Assembly (NCBI GenBank): GCA_965116885.1
Contig: OZ220741.1
Location: 3,392,001 to 3,456,000 of the forward strand
Length of the DNA: 64,000 bases
Origin: Candidatus Latescibacterota bacterium
GTDB taxonomy: Bacteria; Latescibacterota; UBA2968
Direction: 5' to 3'
Shown piece by piece: positions 19,212-28,916 of this stretch. Position 1 is the stretch's first letter. Every line of letters begins with the position of its first letter. Below the pieces are notes generated by a model. That model made no database searches. It was not told the DNA's origin and saw only the letters and a program-made list of their open reading frames with translations. The position numbers and the translations under genes were made by a program.

Positions 19212-20387
19212 TCAAGGTTCTACCTTAAGGGCGGCGATCACAGTATCCAACTTTTGTCCAACGCGGGGACTGCCCCCTGTTTGGTTATAGACCACAACGC
19301 CAGTCGCATCGATAATGATGTGACGAGGATATACTCTCCCAAGAATTTCTCTCAATCTATCAGAACAAAGCGTGATCTGATAGTCGAATTTATGATTCTT
19401 AAAAAACTCTTTTAATTCGGTAGGCGTATTGTCTGCAATTGCCAGAAAGATTACCCTATTAGAAGCATACTTCTCAACCAAATCATTGAGGCCTGGCATC
19501 TCCTCAATGCAAGGCGAACACCGAATATGCCACCAATTGAGTACTACAATATTTCCTCGGAGATTGCCGAGATTGAGGATATTTCCATCAAGAGTTTCGA
19601 TACTTAAATCTGGCACAGGGAAACCAGTATTGATATTCAAAATTGTCTTCGTTGGAGCCAGTTCCAATTTGTGTCCATCTGAAGATATTTTGGCGATTTC
19701 ATATGCTGTTGAGCCCAATGGAAAAGGCTGATTGATGGCGTAGGATTCAGTTCTCCGAAATATGCCAAGCGAATCTACTGAGCCTTCTGCTTGGAAATGT
19801 CCATCTCCATCCTGGTCAATCAATATTAGGCCTCTGCTTGTTTTCTGGAAGGAAAACTTGTTCTCAGGTGTAAGCGCGATTTTAACTTTTTTTCCGCCAA
19901 CAGTGATAGCACCAAGCCGAAAATCAAGTCGTCGATACATCAGCATTTTTTGGATCGGATAGTACCGGAAGGCGAGCAGGATCTTCGGCACCAACCCTTC
20001 ATCTCTGGGAATTTTGAGTGTTCCAGTATAGTACTCGTGTCCTCTGGATTGATGCAGCTCAAATGAAATCTCGGATGCTGTCTTAGCCTGATTATCGACC
20101 ATATAGAACGATAATTTTTCTGCATTTGCTTTGCCCCAAACCAGCATTAATGAATCGGTCTCGCTAAGTTCGATATTAGCTTTCATTGGATCGGTAAGTT
20201 CGGGTATGTAAGGTATCTCTTCGACAAGCTCCCTTACACCTATACCGCTATATGAATAAGTTGACGATAATAAAGCACTACAGGTGTCCATCCTGGCGAA
20301 AGCAAGCTCTGCGGTTATCGTTCTTCCTTGAACCTGGACAGTAGCGAATACAATTAAAAATATATTTAGGACTGTATGTGGACGCAT
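19212..20387 (-). CDS. Exported TlpA/redoxin-domain disulfide reductase
   Basis: Signal peptide; C-terminal VVLNWWHIRCSPCIEEMP and YPRHIIID thioredoxin fold. Confidence 0.82.
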   Translation of the reverse strand: MRPHTVLNIFLIVFATVQVQGRTITAELAFARMDTCSALLSSTYSYSGIGVRELVEEIPYIPELTDPMKANIELSETDSLMLVWGKANAEKLSFYMVDNQAKTASEISFELHQSRGHEYYTGTLKIPRDEGLVPKILLAFRYYPIQKMLMYRRLDFRLGAITVGGKKVKIALTPENKFSFQKTSRGLILIDQDGDGHFQAEGSVDSLGIFRRTESYAINQPFPLGSTAYEIAKISSDGHKLELAPTKTILNINTGFPVPDLSIETLDGNILNLGNLRGNIVVLNWWHIRCSPCIEEMPGLNDLVEKYASNRVIFLAIADNTPTELKEFFKNHKFDYQITLCSDRLREILGRVYPRHIIIDATGVVVYNQTGGSPRVGQKLDTVIAALKVEP

Positions 20388-20425
20388 TGAGATTTCTCCT
20401 TATCTGGAGTTCCTCAAATAATAAC

Positions 20426-21790
20426 TCAGCGTTTGTGTGTAGCAATCTCGTACATTTCGTTTGTGCAGGTCTTGAGGACTTTCAGGAGTTCGGGATACGG
20501 TTCGCCGTAGCCGGTGAGCAATCCAGAATGCTGGCGGTCCTGTTTTTGGGCGACCAGGTTGGAGGCATCGATCAGGCCGCAATAGTGCCAACCAATAAAT
20601 TCTGGACGCGCAAAGGCGTTTTGAAAGAACTCAGCGGTCCATTCGGCTCGCTGTTCAATGTTGTCGGCTACGGGACCGTAGGGGCGCGGCATGGTGTCTG
20701 TGATCATCGTGAAAGCAGAATCGCCATTGATCAGCGGTTTGTCGGCAGTCCTGTACCAGCGATCTAACCCGGGTTTTTGCACTTCGTATCGGGCATACAT
20801 TTGATAGAATACAATGTCGGTAAATTGGCTTGTAATGGGCAATAGGGTATCCAGCGCATCTGTGTTGGCATTGATTTTGTCGCCGACGAACAGATGGTTT
20901 GGATCGTACCGGCGGATCGCATCCCGCGTTGTCTGGTAGTATTTTGCGACGACTTTTTGGAGGAATTCAATATTGTCGCGGGTTTCGTTTCCATTGGAAA
21001 GATCGGTGTGTGGTCGCCAGTTCTCGGCTGTTTGGAGCGCGTCAAACGAATCAAATTGCGTGCCATAAGTTGCGTTGAAGTCGCTAATTTGCTCGCGATA
21101 GATATCGCGCATGGTCCGAACATAAGCCTTTTTGCCCGGTGCATCGGCACCCAAATTGCGCAATCGTCGCGGCCAGCCGATTCGCGCTTCCCGTCGTGCG
21201 CCGCCAATTACGTCGGGGCGTTCCCTGCAATCTTCTTCTGTAAATAACGGGCAGTCGGTCATGGCATAACCGAGCAGGAAGGGATCATCTTTTGCAGGTG
21301 CGGCAAACTCCTTTGCCATCTGATCGCAGTGTGAGGCAAATGCGTCTGAAAAGACATCCAAAAAATTGCTGTCGGGTATTTCTTGCTGCCAATGCGGGAT
21401 ATCGACAAAGTGAATCGACTGCATATAGGGCATAGATGGCTGCGGACGATTGACGGCTGACAACTCTGTGTGTACGCCTACTGTATTGAAGCCGTATTGA
21501 CGACATGTTTGCAGGAACCAGGTTTTGAGGGCAGGTGTGAATTCGCGGCTGTACAGATTGTCTATGCCCAAGCGTTTCTGCCAGGCTTCGCGATTGTAGT
21601 CCTGTTTCCACAGATGGGGATGCAGGTGGTTTATTCCGAAGCTCAGAAACGCATTCCCCTCGGGGGTTACAAGCCACCATCTTTCGTCTTTTTCTACGCG
21701 GAAAAAACCAGTTGCCTCAAATTTTTTGCCTGTCCAGCCGCCGTATTGATCGCGTTCGGCGGTGTTCTGGTGCGGTTTGTGTTTTTGCAT
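20426..21790 (-). CDS. Beta-agarase-like (GH50-related) glycoside hydrolase fold protein
   Basis: RDQYGGW...ATGFFRV...RWWLVTPEGNAF; GFNTVG; RRYDPNHL; FIGWHY. Confidence 0.7.
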   Translation of the reverse strand: MQKHKPHQNTAERDQYGGWTGKKFEATGFFRVEKDERWWLVTPEGNAFLSFGINHLHPHLWKQDYNREAWQKRLGIDNLYSREFTPALKTWFLQTCRQYGFNTVGVHTELSAVNRPQPSMPYMQSIHFVDIPHWQQEIPDSNFLDVFSDAFASHCDQMAKEFAAPAKDDPFLLGYAMTDCPLFTEEDCRERPDVIGGARREARIGWPRRLRNLGADAPGKKAYVRTMRDIYREQISDFNATYGTQFDSFDALQTAENWRPHTDLSNGNETRDNIEFLQKVVAKYYQTTRDAIRRYDPNHLFVGDKINANTDALDTLLPITSQFTDIVFYQMYARYEVQKPGLDRWYRTADKPLINGDSAFTMITDTMPRPYGPVADNIEQRAEWTAEFFQNAFARPEFIGWHYCGLIDASNLVAQKQDRQHSGLLTGYGEPYPELLKVLKTCTNEMYEIATHKR

Positions 21791-21821
21791 TTGGGTACCT
21801 CTGAATAGTTATCAGAGTATT

Positions 21822-22673
21822 TTACTCAGCGGGAATAACTTCTCGCGTGACTTCCTGAACTTTACCGGGGTGGGTTCGTCCTCTTACCCACATAATGGGC
21901 TGGCCCTTGCCGGCGTTTTCCGGATTCATCCATTCTGCTTGCGCGCTTAAGTAGTGCGATACATAACTGCGCCTGAATCGCTGGCTGTGGTTATTGGTGC
22001 TTTTGTGCAGGAGGTGAGAGTGGAACCAGATGACGGCACCGGGGGGGACTTCTACGGGAATGCCGTCCTCATCGCGGGCATTGCGTGCGAGTTTAAATTC
22101 GTTTTGCTGTGATCCCTCAATGTCGTCGTGTTCAGAGATTGCCTGTTTGTGACTGCCGGGGATTACGTAGAGGCAGCCGTTGTCGCGATCGGCGGGGTCG
22201 ATTGCCGTCCATGTGCCGACGGTTGTCGCTGTTCTGAACCGCCTGCCAAAGTAAAATTTGTCCTGGTGCCAGGGGAATCCCAATCCGATTTCGGGTGCTT
22301 TCCAGATGAAGAGGTTGTTGATGCCCAGAATGTCTGGGCCGAGAATATCAGCAACCGGGTCTGTCAGGCGTGGGTCGCGCACGCGGACGAGGAATTCCGG
22401 GATGTAGCAACTGGGGTGGTGGATTTTGTGCATGGCGTAGATACCCGATTGTTTGTGTTTGCCGTCCCGGACAAGGGCATTGCGGTCGATGTGAGCCATT
22501 GGCATTTTTCGCTTTCCTGCGACAATGTCTTCGGCGACCTGTCGCAGGTCGTCGTTTTCTTCCTGTGAAAAGACGTTTTCCCGCACAAAATAGCCATTGC
22601 GTTTCCAGTGCTGAATTTCATAGGGTGTCATGCGATTGGCATTTATTTTTAATGGTGTTGCTGGGTTTCCCAT
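21822..22673 (-). CDS. PhyH family dioxygenase
   Basis: PWHQD, WTAID, NGCLYVIPGSH, LLHKS, RRS. Confidence 0.92.
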   Translation of the reverse strand: MGNPATPLKINANRMTPYEIQHWKRNGYFVRENVFSQEENDDLRQVAEDIVAGKRKMPMAHIDRNALVRDGKHKQSGIYAMHKIHHPSCYIPEFLVRVRDPRLTDPVADILGPDILGINNLFIWKAPEIGLGFPWHQDKFYFGRRFRTATTVGTWTAIDPADRDNGCLYVIPGSHKQAISEHDDIEGSQQNEFKLARNARDEDGIPVEVPPGAVIWFHSHLLHKSTNNHSQRFRRSYVSHYLSAQAEWMNPENAGKGQPIMWVRGRTHPGKVQEVTREVIPAE

Positions 22674-22724
22674 ATATAATCTCCTGAGTGTTTTTGGGTT
22701 GGGAGGTTGAAAGCCCCTTGTCCT

Positions 22725-23039
22725 TTATACCTTAAGTCCTATGTCATGTGGTTCAATCGTCTCTAATTCTTGAGCTTCAGATTGGATCGTTTGATACAGA
22801 TCCCAGCGAAGTTGGAGATTCATCCAAAACGCGGGTGACACATCGAAATATTTTGCCAGACGCAGGGCTATGCTCGGCGTCATACCGCGGTGACCATTCA
22901 CCAATTCGTTGACCCGCTGATAAGGAACATGAATGGCGTCAGCCAATTCGCGTTGCGTTAAACTCAAAGGATTTAGAAACTCCTCCAGCAGCATCTCACC
23001 TGGATGAGTTGGAACACGATTTGTTGGAATACGTACCAT
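22725..23039 (-). CDS. higA: HigA family addiction module antitoxin
   Basis: PTHPGEMLLEEFL..LSLTQRELA...ALRLAKYF...FWMNLQ. Confidence 0.93.
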   Translation of the reverse strand: MVRIPTNRVPTHPGEMLLEEFLNPLSLTQRELADAIHVPYQRVNELVNGHRGMTPSIALRLAKYFDVSPAFWMNLQLRWDLYQTIQSEAQELETIEPHDIGLKV

Positions 23040-23062
23040 AATCGATACCTTTCATTCAGTGA

Positions 23063-23356
23063 TTAGTGATAGTCAATGATCTCGACATCCCAGGGGCCAG
23101 CATCCGACCACACAAAGCAAATCCGATATTGATCATTGATCCGAATACTGTGTTGTCCAGAACGCCTGCCTCGCAAGACCTCGAGATGGTTGCCCGGTGG
23201 ACTGCGTAGGTCGCGCAGTTCATCGGCTGAGTCCAGTTGTTCGAGCTTTCGTGCGGCTACAGTCCACAATGACGATGGACAAGTACCGCGTGCGGCACGT
23301 GTGTCCCGTCCATTGAAAATATCTTCAGTGCCAGTACGCCGGAATGATTGAATCAT
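23063..23356 (-). CDS. higB: HigB/RelE-like plasmid maintenance killer toxin
   Basis: MIQSFR...ARKLEQLD...LRSPPGNHLEVLRG...QHSIRINDQYRICFVW...VEIIDYH. Confidence 0.93.
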   Translation of the reverse strand: MIQSFRRTGTEDIFNGRDTRAARGTCPSSLWTVAARKLEQLDSADELRDLRSPPGNHLEVLRGRRSGQHSIRINDQYRICFVWSDAGPWDVEIIDYH

Positions 23357-23391
23357 GATCGCATCATAACACGGACTCCATGCTATGTCAA
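23357..23391 (-). promoter_or_regulatory. Promoter of second higBA (leaderless) with operator
   Basis: TTGACA-17nt-TATGAT with extended TG, 6 nt before ATG; imperfect palindrome ATAGCATGGA-G-TCCGTGTTAT. Confidence 0.8.
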
Positions 23392-23396
23392 ATATG

Positions 23397-23759
23397 TCAG
23401 GTGGTGGAAGCCTCACGCGCGCCGATCCAGACCTGATTGCCATCGGGATCGCGAACTCTAAATTCTGTCATGCCGTAAAAGGTTACGCGGGTAGGATCGG
23501 GTTCGAAACCAGCGGCTATCACGCGGTCTCTTAACGTTTCAATATCGGATGTATAGTAGTAAACAACGGTTGAGGCATTCGATTCCGTGCGAATCGAACG
23601 GTCTATCATCACCTGGCAACCGCGTTCACCTTCCAGCAGGGCGTGCCCCCACTCGTCTTTGCGCTGGATGATCTTGAGACCCAGGCCTTGCGAGTAGAAG
23701 GTTATGGCTCGATCCAAATCGGTTATTGGAACCATTGCGGTGATGCGATGTATGCTCAC
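23397..23759 (-). CDS. VOC/glyoxalase family protein
   Basis: DLDRAITFY..GLG; FYGMTEFRVRDPDGN. Confidence 0.88.
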   Translation of the reverse strand: MSIHRITAMVPITDLDRAITFYSQGLGLKIIQRKDEWGHALLEGERGCQVMIDRSIRTESNASTVVYYYTSDIETLRDRVIAAGFEPDPTRVTFYGMTEFRVRDPDGNQVWIGAREASTT

Positions 23760-23984
23760 TGTTTTGTCTCCCTAATGATCAATCGAAAGTCGAGAACTGC
23801 CTTGTAGTACTTTGTTATCGAACCTTGGTATTTACGATAGCTGAAATTCCTTTAGACTCGACTTGGTCCATTTTAAGAGGTATATTTGAAAGTTGCGGAT
23901 GGGGAAAAGCAAAGCGTGTATTCTCTAATATCTGAAAAAAATAAATATTATGCAATTATCTGTAGGGAGATTGCGTTTTAGCAC

Positions 23985-24836
23985 ATGGAGCAGGAGATGG
24001 CAAATGCAGGTGTGAGGTCGAAACGGGAGATTTTGCTCGATACCGGATATTTTGTAGAAAAGGGCGTCCTGAGCGATTCGGATATTGCGATTTGTAAGGA
24101 TCGATTGCGAGAGATTGCGCTCTGTATTGATTTTTATCGCGATAAGATTCGGGCAATTATAGATGTGCAGGATGAGGCATACCAGAACCATCCCGATCCT
24201 CTGTTGCGATTTGATTGGATCAATGAGATTTCGTTTCGAGATCGGGTATTGTGGCAATATTCTGCTGCACATCCCAGGCTTATTGCATTGGCTATGCAAG
24301 TGTTAGGCCCCGATATTTATCCACTTAATGGCGGCGGGTTCTTTATGAAACCTCCCCGTTGTGGCGGTGAGGTACCGTGGCACCAGGATGCGAGTCCTTT
24401 CGATGGTTCAGAGGATATACCCGTGCCTGTGCTTTTCGATTTCTGGCTGGGGCTGGATGCGGCAGATGTTGAAAATGGGTGTATGGAATTGATTCCTGGA
24501 TCGCATACTCTGGGGCGTTTGGAGCACGAGCAGACGGGTAAGATTTTGAGGGAGATGGATCCCTTTAAGCAGGGATTTACCGAGGACGATGTGGTGCGTA
24601 TTGAGACTGATCCCGGCGATGTGATTGTGTGGCATCAAGATTTGATCCACCGATCTTCAGCTAATTTATCAGATCGTCCGCGGATTGGCAAAGCGAGTGT
24701 TTATATGTCCCAAGCCGATGAAGAGACGATACGGCAAATGTCCGATCCCTGGGGAGTGAATCCAAATCGACCACCGATCTGTTTGGACGGTAAAATCTGT
24801 GAACTGACGCATTTTATTGAAGCACCGGGTCTGTAA
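23985..24836 (+). CDS. PhyH family dioxygenase
   Basis: VPWHQD, WLGLD, ENGCMELIPGSH, IHRS. Confidence 0.9.
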   Translation: MEQEMANAGVRSKREILLDTGYFVEKGVLSDSDIAICKDRLREIALCIDFYRDKIRAIIDVQDEAYQNHPDPLLRFDWINEISFRDRVLWQYSAAHPRLIALAMQVLGPDIYPLNGGGFFMKPPRCGGEVPWHQDASPFDGSEDIPVPVLFDFWLGLDAADVENGCMELIPGSHTLGRLEHEQTGKILREMDPFKQGFTEDDVVRIETDPGDVIVWHQDLIHRSSANLSDRPRIGKASVYMSQADEETIRQMSDPWGVNPNRPPICLDGKICELTHFIEAPGL

Positions 24837-25275
24837 ATGCTGGGAATTTTTTCATCTGAACATGTGTGGAATTTTCATCAACGATTGAAAATCCCAGTCT
24901 CTGGTAGAAGGCGATGCCGCGGATGTTGATCTTTAATACTTGCAGTTTCACAGCCTTCCCCGTAGCGTCGGCATCAGCGATAATGCTTGTCATACATGCT
25001 GATCCAATCCCTCTACCATGATACTCAGGATGGATGAAGAACTGATAAATCTTGAGAGAATCGGAAGTACAGGATGTGGAGAAGAATCCTACATCGTTTC
25101 CCTGAAATTGGATAATCCGAAAATCCTGCGAATCAAACCGCTTATTGTGTAATCCCCTCTGATGTGTATCGTCCCACCCCTCGACCTGCGCTACATATTC
25201 TCGGAATGCGGCCTTTTTTACGGCAAAGACAAAGTCGCTGTCAACTACATCTGCCTTACGGATTGTAATAGTCAT
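24814..25275 (-). CDS. GNAT N-acetyltransferase
   Basis: IHPEYHGRGIGS; NIRGIAFYQRLGF. Confidence 0.9.
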   Translation of the reverse strand: MTITIRKADVVDSDFVFAVKKAAFREYVAQVEGWDDTHQRGLHNKRFDSQDFRIIQFQGNDVGFFSTSCTSDSLKIYQFFIHPEYHGRGIGSACMTSIIADADATGKAVKLQVLKINIRGIAFYQRLGFSIVDENSTHVQMKKFPAFTDPVLQ

Positions 25276-25309
25276 TTTGCATTCGGCCCATTACTGGCAA
25301 TTTCTCCAT

Positions 25310-25444
25310 CTAACCGAACCGCTCCTCTAACCATGCAACGGCGAAATCGGTCAGCATCAAGGTATCGCCCGAGACAATCCCCAGTTTTGATAAGTCAGAT
25401 ACCAGCTTGCTTCGCGTAATTACTGGCAAATCTATTTTCGCCAT
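25310..25444 (-). pseudogene. 44-aa in-frame internal-deletion remnant of an AAC(3)-type aminoglycoside N-acetyltransferase
   Basis: SD AAGGAG + MAKIDLPVITRSKLVSDLSKLGIVSGDTLML joined to TDFAVAWLEERFG*; both ends match the termini of AAC(3) enzymes. Confidence 0.8.
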
Positions 25445-25481
25445 TGCGATCTCCTTTTTAGATCAGGTTTATCATAATCCT

Positions 25482-26753
25482 CTATTTATCTAAACCAGGT
25501 ACAACTGCGCCATGTGACAAAAGCAATTCGCGCAGATCGGAAATAGGGACTTCGCGAGGTGTGGTTTCCAGACGCACAGATAATGCAGCGGCAGCACCTA
25601 CAGCTTGTCCCATGGCCATAGATGAAGCCTGTACTCGCAAAGCGGAATTCGCCAACCGATCACTGCTCACGCTGCGACCAGCGACCAGCAAATTGCGACT
25701 CTCTTTGGGGATAAGCGCGCGAAGAGGGACGGTGGGAACGATTCCTTTGGATAGCGGTCTGGGTTTGATGCCATCGCGGTCGTGGAGATCGATGGGGTAA
25801 AAAGAATAGGATACGGCGTCATCAAAAAGCCGTCCGCTCGTGTAATCTTCATGGGTTATTTGCACATCGCCAACAATGCGATAGGTCTCACGCACGGCTG
25901 TTTCTGCCTGAGCTTTCAAAACACATGCGTTTTCGCACCCTGGTAGAGAACGCACAAAACGCAGAATCCGCAATAGCGCCTGTCGCCCTGCTATGTTGGT
26001 TTTTGTATGCCTGTCAGAGGTTGATGCATCAGCACCAAATACATGCTGGGCATTTCCGCCTTTTCGAAGATAACTGATAAATCGCACCTGTGGATTCATT
26101 ACATCGCCGTGCTGCAAACGGCCATCTTTAATGGCAGCAGAAAAATGCGCCTGAATGACCTCCTCATCCAGTGATTCGACATTATAACCCCCGAGTTCAA
26201 AAATCAACGTGCCGGGTTGGGTTTCTTGTTCGCGCAAACGCGGAAAACCGATCTGCCCGACAATATTTGCGCCACCAGTACAATCAATTAACTGTTTGGC
26301 CCATATAGTGCGGCGCATGTTTTTGCCTGTGGTTTCTACTGTCCAACCCGTGTCCGTTTCTGAAACCCGAGCCGGTATTTCGTAGAAATGTAATTTCACC
26401 CCTGCTTGCGTACAGGCTTCTTCGACGAGTGCGGCATATACTGGACCGTTGATGCGAATTTGGTGCATCCAATGGCGCTCGGGAGGTACTGAAAAATCTG
26501 GCAATTTTCTACTGTCAAGTGCCACAGCTTTTGTAACGAGTTCCCATCCGATACCCGCAATAATCTGTTTTCCCCAGGCGTGAAAAAGGCCCGGAAACGA
26601 GACCCCACCCGTTGTGGTTACACCACCGAGTTGGCTGCCGGATTCAATCAGGGCTGTGCGAAGTCCCGTGCGCCCAGCTTGTACCGCAGCAATGGTGCCC
26701 GCTGTACCACCGCCAATGACCAGAACATCTACATTTTCTTTCATGTGCTCCAT
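25482..26753 (-). CDS. FAD-dependent oxidoreductase
   Basis: DVLVIGGGTAG; IDCTG; RETYRIVG; NLLVAGR; RVQASSMAMGQAVG. Confidence 0.88.
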   Translation of the reverse strand: MEHMKENVDVLVIGGGTAGTIAAVQAGRTGLRTALIESGSQLGGVTTTGGVSFPGLFHAWGKQIIAGIGWELVTKAVALDSRKLPDFSVPPERHWMHQIRINGPVYAALVEEACTQAGVKLHFYEIPARVSETDTGWTVETTGKNMRRTIWAKQLIDCTGGANIVGQIGFPRLREQETQPGTLIFELGGYNVESLDEEVIQAHFSAAIKDGRLQHGDVMNPQVRFISYLRKGGNAQHVFGADASTSDRHTKTNIAGRQALLRILRFVRSLPGCENACVLKAQAETAVRETYRIVGDVQITHEDYTSGRLFDDAVSYSFYPIDLHDRDGIKPRPLSKGIVPTVPLRALIPKESRNLLVAGRSVSSDRLANSALRVQASSMAMGQAVGAAAALSVRLETTPREVPISDLRELLLSHGAVVPGLDK

Positions 26754-26773
26754 ATTGACAATCTCCCTGTACT

Positions 26774-27373
26774 TTACTCCTCAGTTTCAGTGTCGCCAAG
26801 GGGATGAAGATCAATCGGTGTGAGAATTCCGTAAAATCCGTATTTGATGCCTGACCGATCTCCTTTTCCAGGCGGAAAGTATTCTTCTATAAGTGCCAAT
26901 AATCGGCGACTAAATTCGGATGCCTGTTCTTCAGATAGCCGCGCGCGGTTGTGATTGACTGATGTCTGGAATGTCGAACCGTACAAGCCCTCGGCGACTT
27001 CGCGAAATGCTTGATTGAACTGGCTGACAACATTGATTGGCATGGCCTCTGCAATCTGGTTGTTTGCCAAGAGGTCCTGTCGAACGCGAATCTTGCCCGC
27101 TGCTGGGGAACAACGCCATTCATGGGGACCAGTTTCATCTGTCTCCAATTGTACGACACCTGTTTCTGCCAGCTTTTTCAAGTGGTATAGCATCCGGGCA
27201 TCAGTAATTTCCAATGTCTGCGAAATTTCTGCAACCGACTTTCCTTCTCCAAGGGTTTCGAGGATGAGCCAACGAAGTGGATCGGCAAGTATGTTCGCTC
27301 GGTCATCCTCGATAACGATTACTGTCTTCTTTAAAGTGTTGGTCGGGAATGTCAGTTCGCGCCATGTACTCAT
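26774..27373 (-). CDS. ArsR-like winged-HTH transcriptional regulator
   Basis: LADPLRWLILETL..GKSVAEIS...MLYHLKKLAETG. Confidence 0.8.
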   Translation of the reverse strand: MSTWRELTFPTNTLKKTVIVIEDDRANILADPLRWLILETLGEGKSVAEISQTLEITDARMLYHLKKLAETGVVQLETDETGPHEWRCSPAAGKIRVRQDLLANNQIAEAMPINVVSQFNQAFREVAEGLYGSTFQTSVNHNRARLSEEQASEFSRRLLALIEEYFPPGKGDRSGIKYGFYGILTPIDLHPLGDTETEE

Positions 27374-27429
27374 TCAGACTCTCCAGTCGTATAATTAAGG
27401 GATCTCTCTTTTCTCCGATTTCTCATGGC

Positions 27430-28056
27430 TCAGGTTTGCTTCAGGTCTTTCATTCTTTGACTCAGCTTTGATATCCACTCGTGTCCAGGATGGCATAGCT
27501 CCAAGCATCGTCTTAGCCACTCGGCTTCCTCGTAATTGAGGAATGGCAGAGTATTCCTGAAGTCGGCGTTATTTCGATCGATCTGTAGATTATTCGCCTT
27601 GTAGAGAAGCTGAATCTGCGGAGCGAGGTAAGGTATTCCGGATTTGGCTATTCGTCCCAGAGAGGAAATTGGTCCGGTGATCGTCGGTTCGCGACGGAAA
27701 ACCCACGAATCCCCGTCTGTTTCCATAAGCATCAACTGGATTGCCCAGGGGGATTCCGGCGTACGGCGCCCCCAAATGTCATTAATGGGTGGATCCAGGA
27801 AATCGCCTTTGGACCACGTTGTAAACTCTGGCGAACTCCTGTCGCTTAGATCCCAATCAGAAAGGTGTTTCTGAAATATGAGCTGGTCATCCCTGAGGAT
27901 CAGGACATCCAGGTCCCCATGAGGACGTGTCTGATGACCGATAAAGAGATCAATGGCCCACCCGCCAGAAATCCACCACGGTGCGGATAGCCCAGAGAAT
28001 AGTTCCTGTGCCTCCGCGGGGGAGAGTGGGTCCCAAATATGAGCGGTTTCTTCCAA
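27430..28056 (-). CDS. Nucleotidyltransferase, ANT(2'')/Lnu-like family
   Basis: PWWISGGWAIDLFIGHQTRPHGDLDV; YLAPQIQLLYKA. Confidence 0.82.
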   Translation of the reverse strand: MEETAHIWDPLSPAEAQELFSGLSAPWWISGGWAIDLFIGHQTRPHGDLDVLILRDDQLIFQKHLSDWDLSDRSSPEFTTWSKGDFLDPPINDIWGRRTPESPWAIQLMLMETDGDSWVFRREPTITGPISSLGRIAKSGIPYLAPQIQLLYKANNLQIDRNNADFRNTLPFLNYEEAEWLRRCLELCHPGHEWISKLSQRMKDLKQT

Positions 28057-28136
28057 GTGGCTTTCTCCTTGTGTGCTACGGCAGAACTAAATTTTGCAGA
28101 AATCTTATCGCGCGTCTTCTGATTATTAAGGCTTGT

Positions 28137-28916
28137 TCAATTTTTGATCGGAATCACGTAGGTCCTGCGGGAGGCCTCCCGAAAGCCAAGTTTCGCTGCA
28201 ACTCGCAATGAGGCAAAGTTGTCCTCTCCCGTGCTCCAAACCGGAACTCGTCCTGCTTCCTGAAGCCGATTCGATACTATTGAGGCGGCGGCACTACACA
28301 GGCCTCTTTTGCGCCAGGGTTCAAGAGTGCCAACGCCAATCTCACCGTGAAGATCAGTGACGCCGCTTGTGTGAGCTATGGACACCAATTGGCCCTCATC
28401 AACAGCGCCCGCCACAATTCCCTCTGAGAGCATCGTTTCCATATCCTCATAGCCACCACCCTGTATTTCGATGGGTGCGGAGGCAATTAAGTTTCGGTCC
28501 TGCGTAGTCAATTCGCGGACATATTCACTTGTGAACAGTCGAACTGGCCTCGTCAACGAATGATAAACATCGCCGTAGTAACGTACTTTTACTCCGTTGG
28601 ACTTCTCTATCAGATCACCAAGCGGTTTGGCGCATTGTCGATTCACACCTATACAGTCCCAACCCTCCACCAACTGAAGCAATTCCCACAGTGCTCGCGC
28701 CTCGGTCCCAAATCCCCTGGGTTCTTCTGAATCGAAGTAGCCTTGGACAATAGCTGCGCTGAAGGAGGTGGGACTTCCCGCGACAAAAGCCTTGCACAAT
28801 TTTTTTCTCAGAAGGTGTACTGCCACTACAGTCTCGGGGGTATCACCCAGAGTATCCGCGAGTTCGGCAAAATCCGCTGAATCCAGTTGTGCGATGTCGT
28901 ATGCCATTGAAATCAC
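28137..28916 (-). CDS. GNAT N-acetyltransferase
   Basis: EIGVGTLEPWRKRGL; NFASLRVAAKLGF. Confidence 0.85.
   Translation of the reverse strand: MISMAYDIAQLDSADFAELADTLGDTPETVVAVHLLRKKLCKAFVAGSPTSFSAAIVQGYFDSEEPRGFGTEARALWELLQLVEGWDCIGVNRQCAKPLGDLIEKSNGVKVRYYGDVYHSLTRPVRLFTSEYVRELTTQDRNLIASAPIEIQGGGYEDMETMLSEGIVAGAVDEGQLVSIAHTSGVTDLHGEIGVGTLEPWRKRGLCSAAASIVSNRLQEAGRVPVWSTGEDNFASLRVAAKLGFREASRRTYVIPIKN

Noticed and set aside
23357..23443. Longer higB start in the ORF track
   Set aside because: Runs through the promoter and into the VOC gene; the family begins at MIQSF
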